Source: a virus (taxonomy: Duplodnaviria; Heunggongvirae; Uroviricota; Caudoviricetes). From it: a stretch of DNA of 41,053 nt. Below the pieces are notes generated by a model that did not search any database, was not told where the DNA came from, and saw nothing but the letters and a program-made list of their open reading frames with translations. Positions 25,929-36,597 of this stretch are shown piece by piece. The stretch spans positions 1 through 41,053 of the IMG/VR virus record IMGVR_UViG_2617270962_000012. One strand, given 5' to 3'. The position numbers were made by a program, and so were the translations under genes. How positions within the stretch are numbered: position 1 is the first letter of the stretch; every line of letters starts with the position of its first letter.

Positions 25929-27761
25929 ATGGCTGAATTTGAGCTTAAGGCGTTGATCACCGGTGTCGACAGGCTTTCTCCCGCGCTGTCGAAAATGCAA
26001 AAGAAAATCCGGGGATTTAAACGCCAGGCGGAAGAAGCGTCACAGGGTGGGCTGGCGCTTGGTGGCGGACTGGCAGCGGGTCTGACGCTTTCCCTGAAAT
26101 CTTATGCTGATCAGGAAAACGCCGCCACCGGGCTGAAAGTCGCCATGATGGATGCGAACGGCGAGGTTGGAAAGAGCTTTCAGGACATCAATAAACTGGC
26201 TATTGGCCTGGGTAACCAGCTACCCGGTACAACGGCTGATTTCCAGAACATGATGCAGATGCTGGTGCGTCAGGGGATCCCGGCAGAAAACATTCTTGGT
26301 GGTGTGGGTAAAGCGACAGCTTATCTTGCGGTACAACTGAAAAAAACACCGGAAGCGGCTGCTGAGTTTGCCGCAAAGATGCAGGATGCTACCGGAACGG
26401 CCTCAGAAGACATGATGGGGCTGTTCGACACAATTCAGAAGGCGTTTTATCTGGGCGTGGACGATACCAACATGCTGTCATTCTTCACTAAAACCAGCTC
26501 TGTTCTGAAGATGGTGAATAAGGACGGTCTTCAGGCTGCACAGAGTCTTGCCCCCATCAGTGTCATGATGGATCAGATGGGGATGAACGGGGAGTCGGCA
26601 GGTAATGCCCTGCGAAAAGTTATCCAGTCCGGATTAAGCGTTAAGAAAATCAGGGACGTCAATAAAATCATGGCCCGCCAGAAACTCGGGGTACAGCTCG
26701 ATTTTACTGATGGCAAAGGGAGTTTTGGCGGTCTTGATAACATGTTCAGGCAACTGGCAAAGCTGCGAAAACTGACCGACGTTAAGCGAACCGGTGTACT
26801 TAAGGCAATATTTGGTGATGATGCCGAAACCCTTCAGGTGGTCAATGCACTAATCGATAAAGGAAAGGATGGCTACGATCAGATCCAGCAGAAGATGAAT
26901 AAACAGGCCAGCCTGAATAAACGTGTTCAGGCTCAGCTTGGTACGCTGTCCAACCTGTGGGAGGCAATGACGGGGACCGCAACTAACGGCCTTGCGGCTA
27001 TTGGCGGCGCATTTTCTGGTGACGCTAAGAACATCACGCAGTGGCTGGGGGAGTTGGGGGAGAAATTCACGAAGTTTGCGGATGAAAATCCCCGGGTTAT
27101 TCGCGGCGTCGTCGGGCTTGCTGCCGGTCTTGCGATTCTGAAACTGGGATTGATGGGCGTGGGCAGTGCCATCAGCATTGTCAGCAGGATCATGTCGATG
27201 ACGCCGATTGGCATGATTGCGACGGCGATAGCCCTGGCTGCGGGATTAATTATCACTAACTGGGATGTTGTCGGACCTTATTTCAAGAAGCTCTGGGAAA
27301 CCATTGGTCCTTATTTTGAGGCTGGCTGGGAACTCCTTAAGAAAGTTTTTGCCTGGTCGCCGCTGGGGATGGTGATCAATAACTGGGGACCGGTTGTTAA
27401 GTGGTTTCAGGATATGTGGGATAAGCTGAAGCCGATTATTGAATGGTTTACCGACAGTTCCGGTGACACGGTCGATACCATTAACTCGGCGCAGTGGGGC
27501 GCGGGTGCTTATGATGCTTATGGGACGGGAATACCGGCACGGGGATACACGCCTTATCCGGCGGTGGATCCGGCTCAGGCAAACAACGCCTCCGATGCCA
27601 CAGGCTCGAATCCCTTCATGATTAATAAAGCTACCGCGCCAAAAGTTGATGGTGAGATCAAGGTATCATTTATAAATATGCCACCAGGTATGCGGGTTAC
27701 GGAAACACGCTCCAGTGGCATTGATATAAATCACGATGTTGGCTATACCCGATTTTGGTAG
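25929..27761 (+). CDS. tail tape measure protein
   Basis: 610 aa; helical N-terminal part and hydrophobic Gly/Ala-rich segments; downstream of chaperone. Confidence 0.8.
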   Translation: MAEFELKALITGVDRLSPALSKMQKKIRGFKRQAEEASQGGLALGGGLAAGLTLSLKSYADQENAATGLKVAMMDANGEVGKSFQDINKLAIGLGNQLPGTTADFQNMMQMLVRQGIPAENILGGVGKATAYLAVQLKKTPEAAAEFAAKMQDATGTASEDMMGLFDTIQKAFYLGVDDTNMLSFFTKTSSVLKMVNKDGLQAAQSLAPISVMMDQMGMNGESAGNALRKVIQSGLSVKKIRDVNKIMARQKLGVQLDFTDGKGSFGGLDNMFRQLAKLRKLTDVKRTGVLKAIFGDDAETLQVVNALIDKGKDGYDQIQQKMNKQASLNKRVQAQLGTLSNLWEAMTGTATNGLAAIGGAFSGDAKNITQWLGELGEKFTKFADENPRVIRGVVGLAAGLAILKLGLMGVGSAISIVSRIMSMTPIGMIATAIALAAGLIITNWDVVGPYFKKLWETIGPYFEAGWELLKKVFAWSPLGMVINNWGPVVKWFQDMWDKLKPIIEWFTDSSGDTVDTINSAQWGAGAYDAYGTGIPARGYTPYPAVDPAQANNASDATGSNPFMINKATAPKVDGEIKVSFINMPPGMRVTETRSSGIDINHDVGYTRFW

Positions 27762-27852
27762 CCAGGATTCCCCTCACATGTATTGCTGGTTGTAAGTCAT
27801 AAATAGAGTGATAGAATTAATGCACATTTAGAAAAATGTTAATAGGCGAAAA

Positions 27853-28383
27853 ATGAAAGGCTATATCACAGCAAGTGTAATTCTTGGAGCAGCGGCTATT
27901 TTTTCATCTCTCATAATCTCTGGCAACATCTCCTTTAAAGATGAACATATTATTCAGTTATCTGGAGGAGCCATAAAACTTGGTGATGTTTATAAAGAAA
28001 ATAAATTGATAAGTGCAAAGATTATTTTTCCAGATAATCAGGGTGAACAGATTCTTGTTGTCGACGGCAATCCTGAAAACTTTAAGGAGGATTTTCAGGA
28101 GAAATTAAATAAAGTAATAAAAACTTTAAATGCGTCAAAGAAAAAAGATGAAGAGAAAGTTAGCCTGGATAATTTAAGTGTTATTGAAGAGTCTAAACTA
28201 GAGCTCGTTTCTGCGGTGCGTTACTCTGCTCAGTATGTTCCTATGTTTACTCTGACGCTGGACAAAAAAGAAATTACCATGCCTAAAAATACGGTAATAT
28301 TTCCATTTGCCAGCGATGAAACAGCTAAGTATTTAAATGAACAACAGCAAAAGTATAAAGATTCGTTGTTTCTGACTCGCTAA
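27853..28383 (+). CDS. AT-rich moron: secreted or membrane-anchored protein of unknown function
   Basis: 176 aa; N-terminal signal/anchor; Lys/Glu-rich; own promoter-like upstream region and terminator downstream. Confidence 0.45.
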   Translation: MKGYITASVILGAAAIFSSLIISGNISFKDEHIIQLSGGAIKLGDVYKENKLISAKIIFPDNQGEQILVVDGNPENFKEDFQEKLNKVIKTLNASKKKDEEKVSLDNLSVIEESKLELVSAVRYSAQYVPMFTLTLDKKEITMPKNTVIFPFASDETAKYLNEQQQKYKDSLFLTR

Positions 28384-28402
28384 TTAATAAAATTCATTAC
28401 AA

Positions 28403-28434
28403 GGCCACCTTCTAATAGGTGGCTTTTTTATTTT
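28403..28434 (+). terminator. rho-independent terminator after the moron
   Basis: 'ggccacct tctaat aggtggc' followed by 'ttttttatttt'. Confidence 0.6.
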
Positions 28435-28444
28435 CGGAGTGTAT

Positions 28445-29773
28445 ATGACGTGGAAAGACAGGCTTCAGGATGCGTCATTTCGAGGTGTGCCGTTTAAGGT
28501 TGAAGAAGAAAGTGCGGGAACCGGCCGTCGTGTGGAAACACACGAATATCCGAACCGCGACAAACCCTATACCGAAGATCTGGGAAAAGTCACTTTCCGC
28601 CCGTCCATCACGGCTTATGTGGTGGGAGATGACTGCTTTGACCAGCGCGATCGCCTGATTGACGCGCTGAATAAACCCGGTCCCGGCACGCTTGTCCACC
28701 CGACATACGGTGAGCTGAAAGTCTGTGTTGACGGGGAAGTTCGGGTCAGCACATCGAAGAGTGAAGGGCGTATTGTCCGCTTTGACCTGAAGTTTGTCGA
28801 AGCGGGAGATCTCTCTTACCCCACATCAGGCGTGGCGACGGCGCAGACGCTGATGTCATCCTGTTCTGCACTGGATGACTGCATCAGTGACAGCTTCAGC
28901 GGTTTCAGTATCGATGGCGTGGCGGATTTTGTGCAGAACGACGTTATCGGTAATGCCAGCACAATGCTTGGGTATGTTTCTGATGCGATGAAAGTGGTGG
29001 ATTCTGCCGTATCGGATGCCGCCAGGCTGTTGCAGGGGGATATCTCGGTACTTCTGCCGCCACCATCGTCAGGCAAAAATTTCGTTGAGCAGGTGCAGAA
29101 AATGTGGCGTACCGGGAAACGCCTTTATGGTAACGCCAGCGACCTGGTCACCATGATCAAAACGCTTTCCGGTGTCAGCCTCGGCAGCGATCTGCAACCG
29201 CGCGGCGTCTGGAAAACGGACAGTAAAACCACCGCCACGGCGACGCAGCAGCGTAATGTGGTTGCCAGCACTCTTCGTACGACCGCAATCAGCGAAGCGG
29301 CGTATGCCGTCACCCGATTGCCTGCGCCAACAACTTCCGCGGTGATGCAGAATGCCACAGTGGGGCAGTCAACAACACCCGCGCAGAGCACCGGCTGGCC
29401 TTCTGTCACGCATCCGGCACTGAACAATGCACCGGCGGTGAAAAACACGGTTGACCTGCCAACGTGGGAAGAACTGACCGACATTCGCGACACACTGAAT
29501 ACGGCAATTGATAAGGAGTTGTCCCGTACAACCAGTGATGCGCTGTTTCTGGCGCTGCGCCGGGTGAAAGCAGATCTGAATGCGGATATCAACACGCGCC
29601 TTGAACAGTCTGCACGGATCATTCAGCGCACGCCGGATGAGGTTTTACCCGCGCTGGTGCTGGCGGCGACCTGGTTTGATAACGCGGCGCGTGACGCGGA
29701 CATTATCCGGCGTAATGCCATTACGCATCCCGGCTTTGTGCCGGTGATCCCTCTGAAGGTGCCAGTGCAATGA
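28445..29773 (+). CDS. DNA circulation protein (Mu N-like)
   Basis: ATG with SD 'ggag' 7 nt upstream; position after tape measure in a Mu-like tail module. Confidence 0.6.
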   Translation: MTWKDRLQDASFRGVPFKVEEESAGTGRRVETHEYPNRDKPYTEDLGKVTFRPSITAYVVGDDCFDQRDRLIDALNKPGPGTLVHPTYGELKVCVDGEVRVSTSKSEGRIVRFDLKFVEAGDLSYPTSGVATAQTLMSSCSALDDCISDSFSGFSIDGVADFVQNDVIGNASTMLGYVSDAMKVVDSAVSDAARLLQGDISVLLPPPSSGKNFVEQVQKMWRTGKRLYGNASDLVTMIKTLSGVSLGSDLQPRGVWKTDSKTTATATQQRNVVASTLRTTAISEAAYAVTRLPAPTTSAVMQNATVGQSTTPAQSTGWPSVTHPALNNAPAVKNTVDLPTWEELTDIRDTLNTAIDKELSRTTSDALFLALRRVKADLNADINTRLEQSARIIQRTPDEVLPALVLAATWFDNAARDADIIRRNAITHPGFVPVIPLKVPVQ

Positions 29774-30849
29774 ATGACAATGTCACGCTACGGGTAAATG
29801 GCCGGGAGTGGAATGGCTGGACATCGGTGCGCATCGGTGCCGGTGTTGAACGACTGGCGCGGGATTTCAGTGTGGAGATCACCCGCCAGTGGCCGGGAGA
29901 TGAGGGTATTACCACGCTTCAGCCGCGCATTAAAAACGGTTCAAAAGTGGAAGTGCTGATTGGTGATGAGCTGGTGATCACCGGCTGGGTGGAGGCGACG
30001 CCCGTTCGTTACGATGCCCGTTCGGTCAGCACCGGTATTGCCGGACGTAGTCTGACCGCTGATCTGATTGACTGTGCAGCCGAACCGACACAGTTTAACG
30101 GACGATCGCTGGTACAGATTGCGCAGGCGCTTGCTGCGCCTTTCGGCATTGAGGTGGTGAACAGCGGTGCGCCGTCGGGTGTTATTCCTGATGTCCAGCC
30201 TGATCACGGTGAAACGGTGATTGAGGTGATCAACAAAATACTCGGTCAGCAGCAGGCGCTGGCTTACGATGACCCGCACGGCAGGCTGGTGATTGGCGGT
30301 ATTGGCTCAACGCGGGCACATACCGCGCTGGTACTCGGGGAAAACATCCTTTCCTGCGATACGGAGAAGAGTATCCGGGAGCGGTTTTCTGTTTACCAGG
30401 TGGCGGGGCAGCGTGCCGGAAACGATGATGATTTCGGTGAGGCCACCACCACCGCGCTGCGGGCCCGCACAGAGGACGCATTTATTGCCCGTTACCGTCC
30501 GATGTATATCAGGCAGACAGGGCAGGCTACGGGGGCAGGCTGTATTGCGCGTGCTGACTTTGAAGCCCGGCAACGGGCGGCGCGGACGGATGAAACCACC
30601 TATGTGGTGCAGGGCTGGCGACAGGGTAACGGTACGCTGTGGCAGCCCAACCAGCGGGTGATTGTCTTCGATCCGGTATGTGGTTTCGATAATACCGAAC
30701 TGCTTGTTTCGGAAGTCACGTTTACTCAGGACCAGAACGGCACCCTGACGGAAATCCGTGTCGGCCCACCTGATGCTTATCTGCCTGAACCCGAAGCCCC
30801 CGGCGCGCGGAAAAAGAAAAAAGCCAGAGTACAGGAGGACCCGTTCTGA
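29770..30849 (+). CDS. baseplate hub / tail protein (Mu P-like)
   Basis: 359 aa; conserved order. Confidence 0.6.
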   Translation: MNDNVTLRVNGREWNGWTSVRIGAGVERLARDFSVEITRQWPGDEGITTLQPRIKNGSKVEVLIGDELVITGWVEATPVRYDARSVSTGIAGRSLTADLIDCAAEPTQFNGRSLVQIAQALAAPFGIEVVNSGAPSGVIPDVQPDHGETVIEVINKILGQQQALAYDDPHGRLVIGGIGSTRAHTALVLGENILSCDTEKSIRERFSVYQVAGQRAGNDDDFGEATTTALRARTEDAFIARYRPMYIRQTGQATGAGCIARADFEARQRAARTDETTYVVQGWRQGNGTLWQPNQRVIVFDPVCGFDNTELLVSEVTFTQDQNGTLTEIRVGPPDAYLPEPEAPGARKKKKARVQEDPF

Positions 30850-31397
30850 TGAGGACGATTGAAGCCATGCAGCGACAACTCCTCGGCCTGATTGGGCGGG
30901 CAGTGGTGAAAAGCATCAGTGCCGCCACGAAATGTCAGACCGTGGATGTGTCCCTGATTGCCGGTGAACCTAAAGCCGGGGTTGAACATCTTGAACCCTA
31001 CGGTTTTACCGCAAGGGCAAACAGCGGTGCGGAAGCAGTGGTGTTGTTTCCGGATGGTGACCGTTCTCATGCGGTGGTTGTTACGGTGTCGGACCGGCGC
31101 TACCGCCTGAAAGGGCTGCAGACGGGTGAGGTGGCTGTCTATGACGATCAGGGGCAGTCCGTGACGCTGACCAGGGAGGGGATCGTGGTGGACGGTGCAG
31201 GTAAAACGATCACGTTTCGCAATTCACCTAAAGCACGTTTTGAAATGGACCTGGAAGTGACAGGACAGGTGAAAGACCTGTGCGACTCCAGCGGCACCAC
31301 CATGTCAGCGATGCGGCTTGCCTATAACGGGCATCGTCACAGAGAGAACGGTCAGGGCAGTAACACCGACAAACCTGATAAAGCGATGGAGGCATGA
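30849..31397 (+). CDS. baseplate spike / assembly protein V (Mu gp45-like)
   Basis: 182 aa; conserved order. Confidence 0.6.
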   Translation: MRTIEAMQRQLLGLIGRAVVKSISAATKCQTVDVSLIAGEPKAGVEHLEPYGFTARANSGAEAVVLFPDGDRSHAVVVTVSDRRYRLKGLQTGEVAVYDDQGQSVTLTREGIVVDGAGKTITFRNSPKARFEMDLEVTGQVKDLCDSSGTTMSAMRLAYNGHRHRENGQGSNTDKPDKAMEA

Positions 31398-31822
31398 TGG
31401 AACTGTGGCTGACGGTGAACGGTAAACGCACCTGCGCCAGCGCACCGCTGGATCCGCTGACCCGCGCTGTGGTGATTTCCCTGTTCACCTGGCGGCGGGC
31501 GGAGCCTGATGACAACGCCGACGTCCCGATGGGATGGTGGGGGGATACCTGGCCTGCGGTACAGAATGACCGTTACGGCTCCCGACTGTGGCTGCTTCAG
31601 CGCAGCAAACTGACCAATCAGCTGGTGCAGACGGTAAGGGGGTATATCCGCGAATGCCTGCAATGGATGATTGATGACGGCGTGGTGTCCCGTATTGATC
31701 TGGATATCCGCCGCACCGGGATTAATGAGCTGGGTAACAGTATCACTCTCTGGCGTCGTGACGGACCGGTAATGATTTCTTTTGATGATCTGTGGAGTGC
31801 GATAACGCATGGCGGACAGTGA
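31394..31822 (+). CDS. baseplate protein (Mu gp46-like)
   Basis: 142 aa; overlaps neighbours. Confidence 0.55.
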   Translation: MMELWLTVNGKRTCASAPLDPLTRAVVISLFTWRRAEPDDNADVPMGWWGDTWPAVQNDRYGSRLWLLQRSKLTNQLVQTVRGYIRECLQWMIDDGVVSRIDLDIRRTGINELGNSITLWRRDGPVMISFDDLWSAITHGGQ

Positions 31823-32867
31823 ATTTCAGCGCCCGACGCTGGCAGAAAATATCAGTATGCTCCGTAACGATTTATTCGCCAGGCTGGACGTCAGCGACAC
31901 GCTCCGGCGCATGGATGAAGACGTGCGGGCAAAGGTGTATGCGGCGGCGCTGCATACGGTTTACGGGTACATCGATTATCTGGCAATGAATATGCTGCCT
32001 GACCTGTGCGATGAGTCCTGGCTGGCGCGACATGCTGCGATGAAACGGTGTCCGCGCAAGGGGGCCACGGCTGCCAGCGGGTATGTGCGCTGGGAAGGTG
32101 TCAGCGATGGCCTGAAGGTGACCGCCGGGAGTGTTATTCAGCGCGATGACCTGGTTCAGTACACGGCAACTGCCGATGCAACCAGCTCCGGTGGTGTCCT
32201 GCGTGTGCCGATCACTTGCTCAACTACAGGCGCGGTCGGTAACGCTGACGACGGTACGGCATTAATCCTGGTCACGCCGGTGAATGGTCTGCCGTCTTCC
32301 GGTGTTGCAGATACCCTGACTGGCGGATTCGATACTGAAGATCTGGAAACGTGGCGCGCCCGCGTCATTGAGCGGTATTACTGGACGCCGCAGGGCGGGG
32401 CTGACGGGGACTATGTCGTCTGGGCTAAAGAAGTGCCCGGCATTACCCGCGCATGGACATACCGTCACTGGATGGGAACGGGAACTGTCGGTGTGATGAT
32501 TGCCGGCAGTGACCTGATTAATCCCATTCCGGAAGAATCAACGGAAACGGCGGCAAGACAACATATCGGGCCACTGGCCCCGGTGGCAGGCTCTGATTTG
32601 TATGTGTTCAGGCCGGTGGCACATACGGTGGATTTTCATATCCGCGTGACGCCGGACACACCGGAAATACGGGCTGCCATCACCGCCGAGTTGCGTTCGT
32701 TCCTGCTGCGTGATGGTTATCCGCAGGGAGAACTGAAGGTGTCACGTATCAGTGAAGCGATTTCCGGTGCGAACGGGGAATACAGCCATCAGTTGCTTGC
32801 ACCGGCGGACAATATCTCCATTGCAAAAAATGAACTGGCGGTTCTGGGGACGATTTCATGGACGTGA
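31809..32867 (+). CDS. baseplate J-like protein (Mu gp47-like)
   Basis: 352 aa; conserved order. Confidence 0.7.
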   Translation: MADSEFQRPTLAENISMLRNDLFARLDVSDTLRRMDEDVRAKVYAAALHTVYGYIDYLAMNMLPDLCDESWLARHAAMKRCPRKGATAASGYVRWEGVSDGLKVTAGSVIQRDDLVQYTATADATSSGGVLRVPITCSTTGAVGNADDGTALILVTPVNGLPSSGVADTLTGGFDTEDLETWRARVIERYYWTPQGGADGDYVVWAKEVPGITRAWTYRHWMGTGTVGVMIAGSDLINPIPEESTETAARQHIGPLAPVAGSDLYVFRPVAHTVDFHIRVTPDTPEIRAAITAELRSFLLRDGYPQGELKVSRISEAISGANGEYSHQLLAPADNISIAKNELAVLGTISWT

Positions 32868-33442
32868 CAAACGATGATTACATCCGTCTGTTGTCGGCAC
32901 TGCTGCCGCCCGGTCCGGCGTGGTCAGCCAGCGATCCGGCGATTGCTGGTGCGGCACCGTCATTAACCCGCGTTCATCAGCGTGCGGATGCCCTGATGCG
33001 GGAGCTGGATCCGCGCACCACCACTGAACTGATAAACCGCTGGGAGCGTCTGTGCGGTCTGCCGGATGAATGTATTCCCGCAGGGACACAGACCCTTCGC
33101 CAGCGTCAGCAACGGCTGGATGCGAAGGTTAATCTGGCTGGCGGCATCAATGAGGATTTTTATCTTGCACAGCTTGCTGCCCTGGGCAGACCAGACGCCA
33201 CTATCACGCGATACGATAAAAGCACGTTCACCTGCTCATCGGCCTGTACTGACGCGGTGAATGCGCCGGAATGGCGGTATTACTGGCATGTCAACATGCC
33301 AGCCGCCACCAACACCACCTGGATGACATGTGGCGATCCCTGTGATTCCGCACTGCGTATCTGGGGCGACACCGTTGTCGAGTGTGTGCTTAACAAACTC
33401 TGCCCGTCGCATACCTACGTAATTTTTAAATATCCGGAGTAA
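32858..33442 (+). CDS. tail protein (Mu gp48-like)
   Basis: 194 aa; Cys-rich C-terminus; between J-like and tail fiber genes. Confidence 0.55.
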   Translation: MDVTNDDYIRLLSALLPPGPAWSASDPAIAGAAPSLTRVHQRADALMRELDPRTTTELINRWERLCGLPDECIPAGTQTLRQRQQRLDAKVNLAGGINEDFYLAQLAALGRPDATITRYDKSTFTCSSACTDAVNAPEWRYYWHVNMPAATNTTWMTCGDPCDSALRIWGDTVVECVLNKLCPSHTYVIFKYPE

Positions 33443-33445
33443 TCC

Positions 33446-34507
33446 ATGCATCGTATAGACACAAAAACCGCGCAGAAGGATAAGTTCGGCGCGGGTAAGA
33501 ACGGTTTTACCCGTGGTAACCCCCAGACCGGCACGCCAGCCACCGATCTGGATGATGACTACTTTGACATGTTGCAGGAGGAGCTTTGCAGCGTGGTGGA
33601 GGCATCCGGTGCCAGCCTGGAGAAGGGGCGGCATGACCAGCTGCTTACCGCGCTTTGTGCGCTGCTGTTAAGTCGTAAAAATCCGTTTGGCGATATCAAA
33701 TCGGATGGCACTGTGCAAACGGCTCTCGAAAACCTGCAATTGAGAGAATCATTTTCTGGCGTTGTTGGGCAATCGCGAAATGCCAGAATGTCAGTGGCTG
33801 CCGCGAGTGTTACAGCGACATTTTCAGCCGATGAGTTGATTGTTGAAGATGGTGATGGACGCCAGTATCGATTGAGTAATTTCAATAAATCTGTAGATCT
33901 GATGAATACTGGGGCTGGTGGTATGGATACGGGGACAGTGCCGGAAACAGGATTTGTTGCTTTGTATGCGATTTATAATCCGACTACTTATATGTCGTCA
34001 TTGCTTGCGGTAAACGCAACCACCGCTGGATTGCCAGAGATTTATGGTGGTTCGGCATTACCTCATGGCTATACTGCCAGCGCACTGGTAAGTGTTTGGG
34101 GTATTTCAAAATCAAAATTCAAAACTGGAATGCAACATGGGCGGGTAATTAACACTGACCGTCAGATAGCAATAACAACAACCGCAAAAATAAACAATCT
34201 AACTGAGTTATCTATTGCCTCGATTGTTCCAAAAAATGCAAGAAAAGTGAGCGGCTATGGTTCTATCTATGCAACATCAGGTGATGAGAAATCGGGCGGT
34301 TTAATTATAGATGTCGCATCCACCAGTAGTGGTGTTGGACGCGTATCAATCGGTGGGTATGTTGGGAATTATGGTATAGGGGTTTATGGTCAGTTTACAG
34401 AATTATTGCTATCAACCCCGCAATCAATTTTTTATGACGTGAATCCAGACGGCACATCAATCACGGAGTTTTCTGCATCATTATTTATCAGTGGGTATAC
34501 GATATGA
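33446..34507 (+). CDS. tail fiber protein
   Basis: Conserved N-terminal anchor '[47 protein letters not shown]'; AT-rich, Gly/Ser-rich variable C-terminus. Confidence 0.7.
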   Translation: MHRIDTKTAQKDKFGAGKNGFTRGNPQTGTPATDLDDDYFDMLQEELCSVVEASGASLEKGRHDQLLTALCALLLSRKNPFGDIKSDGTVQTALENLQLRESFSGVVGQSRNARMSVAAASVTATFSADELIVEDGDGRQYRLSNFNKSVDLMNTGAGGMDTGTVPETGFVALYAIYNPTTYMSSLLAVNATTAGLPEIYGGSALPHGYTASALVSVWGISKSKFKTGMQHGRVINTDRQIAITTTAKINNLTELSIASIVPKNARKVSGYGSIYATSGDEKSGGLIIDVASTSSGVGRVSIGGYVGNYGIGVYGQFTELLLSTPQSIFYDVNPDGTSITEFSASLFISGYTI

Positions 34508-34668
34508 TTTATGCCGAATTAACACCAGATGAAAAGTCAATTGTTGCATTGTTCTCATGTGAGCAAGAAAATACTACGCAGATTCATAAAAATGATGTGC
34601 GCTATATTGAGTTTTATAACCTACAACCAAAGTTCATTCAGAAGCTACTGCCTACACCGGCGGTATAA
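34504..34668 (+). CDS. small ORF translationally coupled to tail fiber (possible fiber chaperone)
   Basis: 54-aa ORF starting in an ATGA overlap with the fiber stop; not in ORF track (under 60 aa). Confidence 0.3.
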   Translation: MIYAELTPDEKSIVALFSCEQENTTQIHKNDVRYIEFYNLQPKFIQKLLPTPAV

Positions 34669-34973
34669 GGAACATGCCAATGATTGACTTGTTTCCCGGA
34701 GGCGTAGCCCTGGCTGGATTTGATGTATCAACGCGCATCAGCAGATATTGAATAGCACGATATGCTTGTATAGGGAATTCTATCAGATATAATTGATGAG
34801 ACTGAACTGTGACACACAAAACGTTGCACTGGAATGTAATGCTTTGAATGCTTCTATGTTGAGGATGTAACGTGGTTTGAACTATTTACAGTATATATGA
34901 TTATTCTACATATTGATGTCGATATGTATGAATGTTTTTATAAGTGAAGTGCATGCGAATAATTCGCAATATG

Positions 34974-35006
34974 ATTAGAGTCAATGTAATGGTTATTGAC
35001 TCTAAT
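34974..35006. terminator. perfect 12-bp inverted repeat hairpin between convergent fiber-side and acyltransferase genes
   Basis: 'attagagtcaat' - 9 nt - 'attgactctaat', followed by T-rich sequence on the plus strand. Confidence 0.4.
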
Positions 35007-35026
35007 TTATTACAAAATAACTTTAT

Positions 35027-36094
35027 TTAATGAAATTTAGTTCGGATGAATTGTTGCGATGGTTTTTCAATGAGTATATATGACATATAGCTAATTGCTA
35101 TTAATGTAAGCATGAACAAAATGAATACATTGGGTCTGTAAAAAATATCGCGTCCATAGCCAATCTTGTCAGCTAAATAAACAACAATGATTTGCAAAGG
35201 AAAATGTAAAAGATAAGATGAATAACTGATATCACCCAACCATTCAATTTTCTTCCCAAAATCGTTTCGTATTGCGCTAATTGATACAAGGAAAAAGATT
35301 ATGGAGGTAAATCCGAATAAGATAATTGAGAATATATCTGCTACTTGCAGGGTAAAGATAACTCCCCATGAGATCAATAGAAAAACACAAGCAAAAATAA
35401 AAAATAACTTTGCGCTAATATTTTTTATGGCCGCAATCGTAATTTTATAAGTTAGACCACCAATAAAGAAAGAGAATGCGCCGATCATTATGGGATTGTT
35501 AATTTTGAAAAAGTAGTACGACAATGCAACTATTAAAATTGATATGAATGTTGTTTTTGATGTGAACTTGCATAATATAAAAAATATCATGTACATAAGT
35601 ACTTCAATCGACACGGACCATGTCGGGGCGTTGAAGGACCAACCTCGCTCAAATCCCCATGATTGAATCATCAATAAATTCAGAATGGCATGGTAAATGT
35701 CATTCATAGGATAAACAAAAAAATAATTATGACTTTTAAAGAAAATAATTTGTAATATTGCCACGACAGCAAATGTAAATATATAAAGTGGATATAATCT
35801 ACTGACACGGTTAACTATAAAAGTTTTTGCTGAGGTTTTATTGCTGTGTATATTGTCAGCGTATAGATAAAAAAATATGAATCCAGAAATCATAAAAAAC
35901 AATTCGACAGCATATAAACCGTAATGATAAAAGACGGAAAAAAATTCATAAAAAGGTTGGCGGTTTATGATTATGTCAGATGCAGCATTCTTTTTCATAA
36001 AAAAATGTTGCCAATGCCATAACACAACGGAAAGTGCGGCAAATCCTCTCAGAACATCCAGGGTATATATTCTCTTCCCAAAAACATTCGTCAC
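35027..36094 (-). CDS. acyltransferase family 3 integral membrane protein (O-antigen acetylase-like)
   Basis: 355 aa, about ten hydrophobic segments, N-terminal 'LDVLRGFAALSVVLWH' typical of acyltransferase-3; very AT-rich. Confidence 0.75.
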   Translation of the reverse strand: MTNVFGKRIYTLDVLRGFAALSVVLWHWQHFFMKKNAASDIIINRQPFYEFFSVFYHYGLYAVELFFMISGFIFFYLYADNIHSNKTSAKTFIVNRVSRLYPLYIFTFAVVAILQIIFFKSHNYFFVYPMNDIYHAILNLLMIQSWGFERGWSFNAPTWSVSIEVLMYMIFFILCKFTSKTTFISILIVALSYYFFKINNPIMIGAFSFFIGGLTYKITIAAIKNISAKLFFIFACVFLLISWGVIFTLQVADIFSIILFGFTSIIFFLVSISAIRNDFGKKIEWLGDISYSSYLLHFPLQIIVVYLADKIGYGRDIFYRPNVFILFMLTLIAISYMSYILIEKPSQQFIRTKFH

Positions 36095-36597
36095 AACGAA
36101 CCTCTTTTAATAAAGTCAAGTGATAATGAAAGATAAATATTGTAAACGAAAAAGCACTGGACTGGAACATATATCTCTGCCTATAATTTAACTAGGATAA
36201 TTTTACTAACGCAGTCATAATTCGTTCATGTATACCAGATGAAAGTACATGTTCTATGAAATAGGGTTTTGCCTGGAGTTTGAAGGTTTTTAACGATTAT
36301 ACCTGTTTAATCGACTCCCCATGTTTTTTGACATTATCCACCGCACACGATACTGGATGCCAGGCAAACTGATTTGCTGGCATAAAGTCACTGAGAATTT
36401 TTTACCAACAATATCTTGCCACATCTTTTCCCGCACAGTTTCGGCAATAGAATCAGCGGGCAGCGGTCATCAATATTCACCAGACATTGATCTGCCGCAC
36501 TATCTGACCGGTGTCCTGCTGAGAATACTAATTTCTTTTTTTGCAAGTGCTGTCCAATCATGATTGGGGGGGTGCCCCTATTAAGTTGTCAAGCATG

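Noticed and set aside
29125-29622. 165-aa reverse-strand ORF
   Set aside because: Antisense to the DNA circulation gene; Ala/Val/Arg/Ser-rich shadow ORF.
36321-36563. 80-aa plus-strand ORF between the acyltransferase and the IS element, and a 57-aa minus-strand ORF in the same region
   Set aside because: No ribosome-binding site, odd composition, and located in the promoter/IS-end region; treated as non-coding.
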